Of a stretch of 64,000 bases of DNA, positions 60,078 through 64,000 are shown piece by piece (position 1 is the first letter of the stretch; each line of letters begins with the position of its first letter). The DNA is from Azolla caroliniana (taxonomy: Eukaryota > Plantae > Polypodiophyta), in assembly GCA_043228905.1 (NCBI GenBank), contig JBHGNT010000006.1, forward strand, positions 5,766,001 through 5,830,000, in the 5' to 3' direction. Both the position numbers and the translations under genes were made by a program. Below the pieces are notes generated by a model. It searched no databases, had not been told where the DNA came from, and worked only from the letters and a program-made list of their open reading frames with translations.

Positions 60078-61030
60078 CCTTGCCATACTTTTAAAACTTG
60101 TGCATATTGAACTAACACCCATCCTTACCTTATGTTGTATAACCACATTGTTAAATTTGTAACTTCATGATAATCAATTAAGATGTATATATTGTATGTA
60201 AGGTACACCTTCTAACAACATGACATCCTTATATGCTTGGTAAACCTCGTTACGAGTGAAGCTATAAGACAAATGAAATCTTCCAATAGTAGGCATAATA
60301 TCGCATTGTTTTGATAAATATATTTCCATCCACCTAATAACATGTCTCCCAATAAGACCCGTACATCAAGTTGCATTATTGTCGAATGGTAACCACGATC
60401 CCTTTACTATTCGTTGTTGAACTCTCTAGAGCCTCATATTACCAATGGTATGAGTGATTTTGAAAGCAACCCGACAACACTTATTACTCAGTCCAAGGTA
60501 ATATTCAACATGCATTGAATTTGGCCATGTGTTGTGATCCTTTACAAGCTACATATGCGAAATAAGGAATGTATCTTGTTTGTAACCACTGAATGATAAA
60601 TACTTTTATCGTCTTCCCCTTAAGTTTGCCTTTCCAATTTTAGGTAGGTAGAAATTCCCACAACACGTCTTGCTTGAATCGCAAACTAGTTGACGTTCGG
60701 AACATAAATAGTTAAATCATTTTTTACTAACCTACTGAAGAACTCTTTTGGATGTGAGAGGTTGAGTGACGCCAACATCATCAGTAGCGGTTACATTCTA
60801 TTCGAAGCTTGCACACACTTTGCTTTGTTGGGTACCACTTTGACCCGGCCCATTGTCAAGGTCGATTGAGAAAAGTGAGTTTGAATTATTATGAACACCA
60901 TTGTTTATTTGTTGACCCGAGTCAAGTGAAACTCTTGTGTAATTGTAATCATTGATTGAGAAATACGAGTTATTCGATAAAGCAAAAGGGGCTACTAAAA
61001 ATAAGACATTCTACTAGAAGAAGAAGACAT
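60078..61030 (-). mobile_element. Decayed DNA-transposase-like gene, N-terminal part (Sola-like / Cys-rich type), truncated at the gypsy fragment
   Basis: One reading frame with scattered stops: KTCCGNFYLPKIGKANLRGRR*KYLSFSGYKQDTFLISHM...VEYYLGLSNKCCRVAFKITHTIGNMRL*RVQQR...IRWMEIYLSKQCDIMPTIGRFHLSYSFTRNEVYQAYK...YIQYIHLN...KFNNVVIQHKVRMGVSSICTSFK. The pattern CC..R..Q..FL / Y.L...C..AF....IG..RL / D.MP..L...EVY..Y / C..C resembles the region preceding the DDE core in Sola-type transposases (from memory). The catalytic core is absent. Confidence 0.6.
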
Positions 61031-61039
61031 TCTCAAAAT

Positions 61040-61330
61040 CCTCCCTCTATTTCAGACTACAAGATTATGCAACAACTATCCTTTGCATAGCAATAGCTTT
61101 AAAAATAAGTACAAAAATAAGTTATATCATAATAGGGTTTTTTTAATTTTGTTTAAAAAACAGATTTTCTTTAAAAAAATCATTTGTATTTATATAAAAG
61201 TAATTAATTTGTAAAATAAATAAATAAAATTAAAGGAAAATATTTTTTTGAATTTCTTATATAAAGAAAGGTCGACCCCTCTTCTCACCATCACGACCTA
61301 GAATTCCAAGAGCACAAAGCAATCTCAATT
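61040..61330. promoter_or_regulatory. Putative bidirectional promoter between the transposase-like gene and the ParB-methyltransferase gene
   Basis: About 300 bp of very AT-rich spacer between two divergent reading frames. TATA-like motifs tatataaaag (61191) and ttatataaag (~61257), followed by a pyrimidine-rich leader. Confidence 0.4.
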
Positions 61331-61349
61331 TTTTCGCAATCAAAAGCAC

Positions 61350-62178
61350 ATCGTCTCCAGCCAGCCACCACGACCAAGGGAAAGAAAGTCACCAGGTACG
61401 TCATATTCTTCCCAACTTAAAAGATTCCCTTAAGATGCTTTTACAAATTGATTAAAGATTTAGTAATTTTTTTGTAATAAACTTTTCATATGCATCGGAT
61501 TCTAGTTGAAATCAATATCATTTTTGGACTAAATTAAGGCTAGAAATATATAATATGGTCTCATTTGCCATGCATTTTTGCATTTAGTTTAAGTTTATTC
61601 CACAAAATGGTATGAAAATTGAAGTTTTTTTATCCGTTGTACATTTTAGTGAGTCTCATCAGAAAGTGCCAGCTTTTAAGTTGAAGATCCGAACTCCGAC
61701 AAAACGAGACTCGAATACATTTGCAAAATACATGTCCCCTAGGACACTATTTGATTCAGTAGGGGATGGGGCCTCAAAATCCTCCATAGGAAACACCAAA
61801 AACAATAAACTAATGCTCCTCGAAGAAAAGCTCTCAGAAAATAAATTTAGAATGGAGTCTTGTGTACGTTGAGGAAGATGGAGTGCTTCTCCTAATATTT
61901 GCATAGTCTGAGGGTAAAGATAAGCTCCCATTAGGGAAAACCTTTACCTATGGGAAAGTGTGTAATATAAATATGAAGATAGTGATTCGCCCAATATCTT
62001 CATTGACATAGAGAGCTCGGCTGGTACCAAACAAGTGCGACTCAATGAAGGAAACCCGGTAGTTGACAATTGCCACCCGAAATCATTACGCAAAGATGTG
62101 CAAACTAAAAATAATATAATAGTTTCTCTTCGGCCGTATGTAACTGGGAAGATGATGAGCACAAAAGAGGATTACCGC

Positions 62179-62209
<31 letters not shown>

Positions 62210-64000
62210 AAAAAAGAAGTCCCGGAAATCAAAACCTAAACACAAGAGGTATAAAAAACAAGCAAGATCGGGTGATGAAAAGCTTGAACTCTTAGAGTTC
62301 ATGGAAGAGTAAGAGGACGAGCAACAACTTGAGGTAGTGGCTCTAGGAGGACAGATATCTTCTGGTGTATTGACATCTGAGCATAATAAGATAAGAGAAA
62401 ACATAGCCAAACTAAACTTGTATGTAAAGGATAACTATTCCATCTACCCATTATTTCAATACAGAGGCCTCCAATTGATCCTACAACAGGACGACGACTG
62501 CTCAAGATAAGAGAACCGCACGTTGTTCATGTACAAAACTTGAAGAGCAAAATGAAGATCAATCCACATGCAATTGTCATACCATTCTTAGTTATGGTAG
62601 ACCTTGATCAATGTCCGACAATTGTAGACTTCAAGTATAGCTCTGTAGATGATTACACATATTATGTTACTGGAGGATCTCATTCAATTGAAGCCCGTTA
62701 ACAATTAGTCAAAGAATATCCTCTCACCCCATTCTTTAAGTACGTTGAATGCAAGTCTCACTCACGAAGAGGCCAAGTTGTTGGCTTGGGACCATAACAA
62801 TGATAACGATTATAGACAGAAGATGTCTTGTATCGAACGCATCAAATTCTTTCACTATGACCTTGATGCATTGCAAAGGTTTAGACCCATGTTGCACCCT
62901 GGTTTGCGTCGTCGGTGTCTACTAGAGGTGGGGATTGCAATTGATGAGAGTACAAAATCAGGAAGACTACAAAAATATGACTCGTGGTTTTAGTTGGCCT
63001 TTAGAACCGGTGAGGTATGGGAACTTCAAGACAAAATATAGCATGTGAGAGTGTAAAGAGGTCAAAGGGAAAAGGACTATAAAGGGAAAGTTAGATCTGC
63101 ATGTGGAAATGAAGACAAACTCGTGTAAAAGTGACTTAGTTATTGAAGAGCTGGCGGAAGACATGAAGTTGCTACCTTGGAGGTCATTGCAAGGTATTAA
63201 ATATGACAAATTATTAATATTTGTACTTTATCGGGTTGCTGCCAAGGAGTTCAACTTAGACGAGATGGTCACTGAGTAATACTATTATGCTACTCATATA
63301 TTTGTTTGTTCTTTTGCATTGATGACTAACCTCACATTTTATTTATTTCTATGTCACAAAGTATACATGAAGATTCAAGAATTGATGATGCAAAAATTGA
63401 GCTTGCCAACTTGGGAATAAGTGGAACAAGCTTGCCCAATAACATCATCATATAAGGCATTGGAAGAATACTTCATTGTATTTAGAGAATGAGTATGGGT
63501 CATTTCAATTTGAATATATTGATTTTTTATGTTATTTCCTTATAAAATCGTCGTATGTAGAAGCCACCTCGATCAAAGAAAGTTAGTGACAGTAATGACA
63601 ACATTCCAAGTTCATTCATCATGCACTTAGAACGTGCTAAATACGAGAAGAGAATGACAAAGGGAAAGGAGTTGGAATTGTCGGAGGATTCGGATACAAT
63701 GAAAAGTTTTTTGCACAGAGCCAATCCTTTCAAACAACTACATTACAGGGTATTCAATGGGGATGTGGCGAATATGCTCGAGCTATTGCCGAAAAGGCAC
63801 TACATGTTGCTTGTTGTTGACATACCATATGGATTATGGATCACGGGATCCACGTACGATGATGTGTCTTTTAAGTATCCTCGGATAGAGAAGATGGTAA
63901 AGGACTTCGCAAAGTTGACCTTGGCCCCGTTATGGATAATTGTCATATTTTATAGCATGAGTCAATCGTTATCGGTCACAATTGCTCTGAAGTCACGATG
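61350..64000 (+). pseudogene. Decayed spliced gene: ParB/Sulfiredoxin-like domain plus beta-class amino (N6-adenine/N4-cytosine) DNA methyltransferase; runs off the window
   Basis: Introns 61396-61649 (GT..AG), ~63276-63355 (degraded acceptor) and 63493-63560 (GT..AG). ParB-like region 62440-62860: LPIISIQRPP..LKIREPHVVHVQNLKSKMKINP...PFLVMV...YYVTGGSHSIEAR*QL...YVECK/LTHEEAKLLAWDHNNDNDYRQKMSCIER. Open frame 63561-64000: YRVFNGDVANMLELLPKRHYMLLVVDIPYG (DIPY at 63819-63830). Several stops and frameshifts lie upstream. Confidence 0.75.

Noticed and set aside
61350-64000. Bacterial contamination as the source of the ParB-MTase
   Set aside because: The gene has GT-AG introns, plant-like AT-rich flanks and TE-type decay, and is contiguous with plant retroelements.

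Overview
AT-rich eukaryotic DNA from a land plant. The gene structures and the LTR/LINE types suggest a non-seed plant such as a fern, but this is inference. Five intron-containing host genes can be read exon by exon: the 3' part of an acyl-activating enzyme (AAE17/18-like, +), AP-1 adaptor subunit gamma (+), the chromatin remodeller DDM1 (-), a CXE11/16-like carboxylesterase (+) and symplekin (-). Between them are decayed transposons (Ty1/copia pol, a LINE 3' end, a Ty3/gypsy integrase fragment) and several tandem repeats. The most unusual region is the last ~4 kb, which the ORF track largely misses. A decayed, spliced + strand gene encodes a ParB/Sulfiredoxin-like domain followed by the start of a bacterial-type beta-class amino (N6-A/N4-C) DNA methyltransferase (FNGD..L..LP...LLVVDIPYG, open to the window end). 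It sits head-to-head with a decayed Cys-rich DNA-transposase-like gene on the - strand, which suggests a plant DNA transposon carrying its own ParB-methyltransferase. All translations were done by eye and no database search was run.
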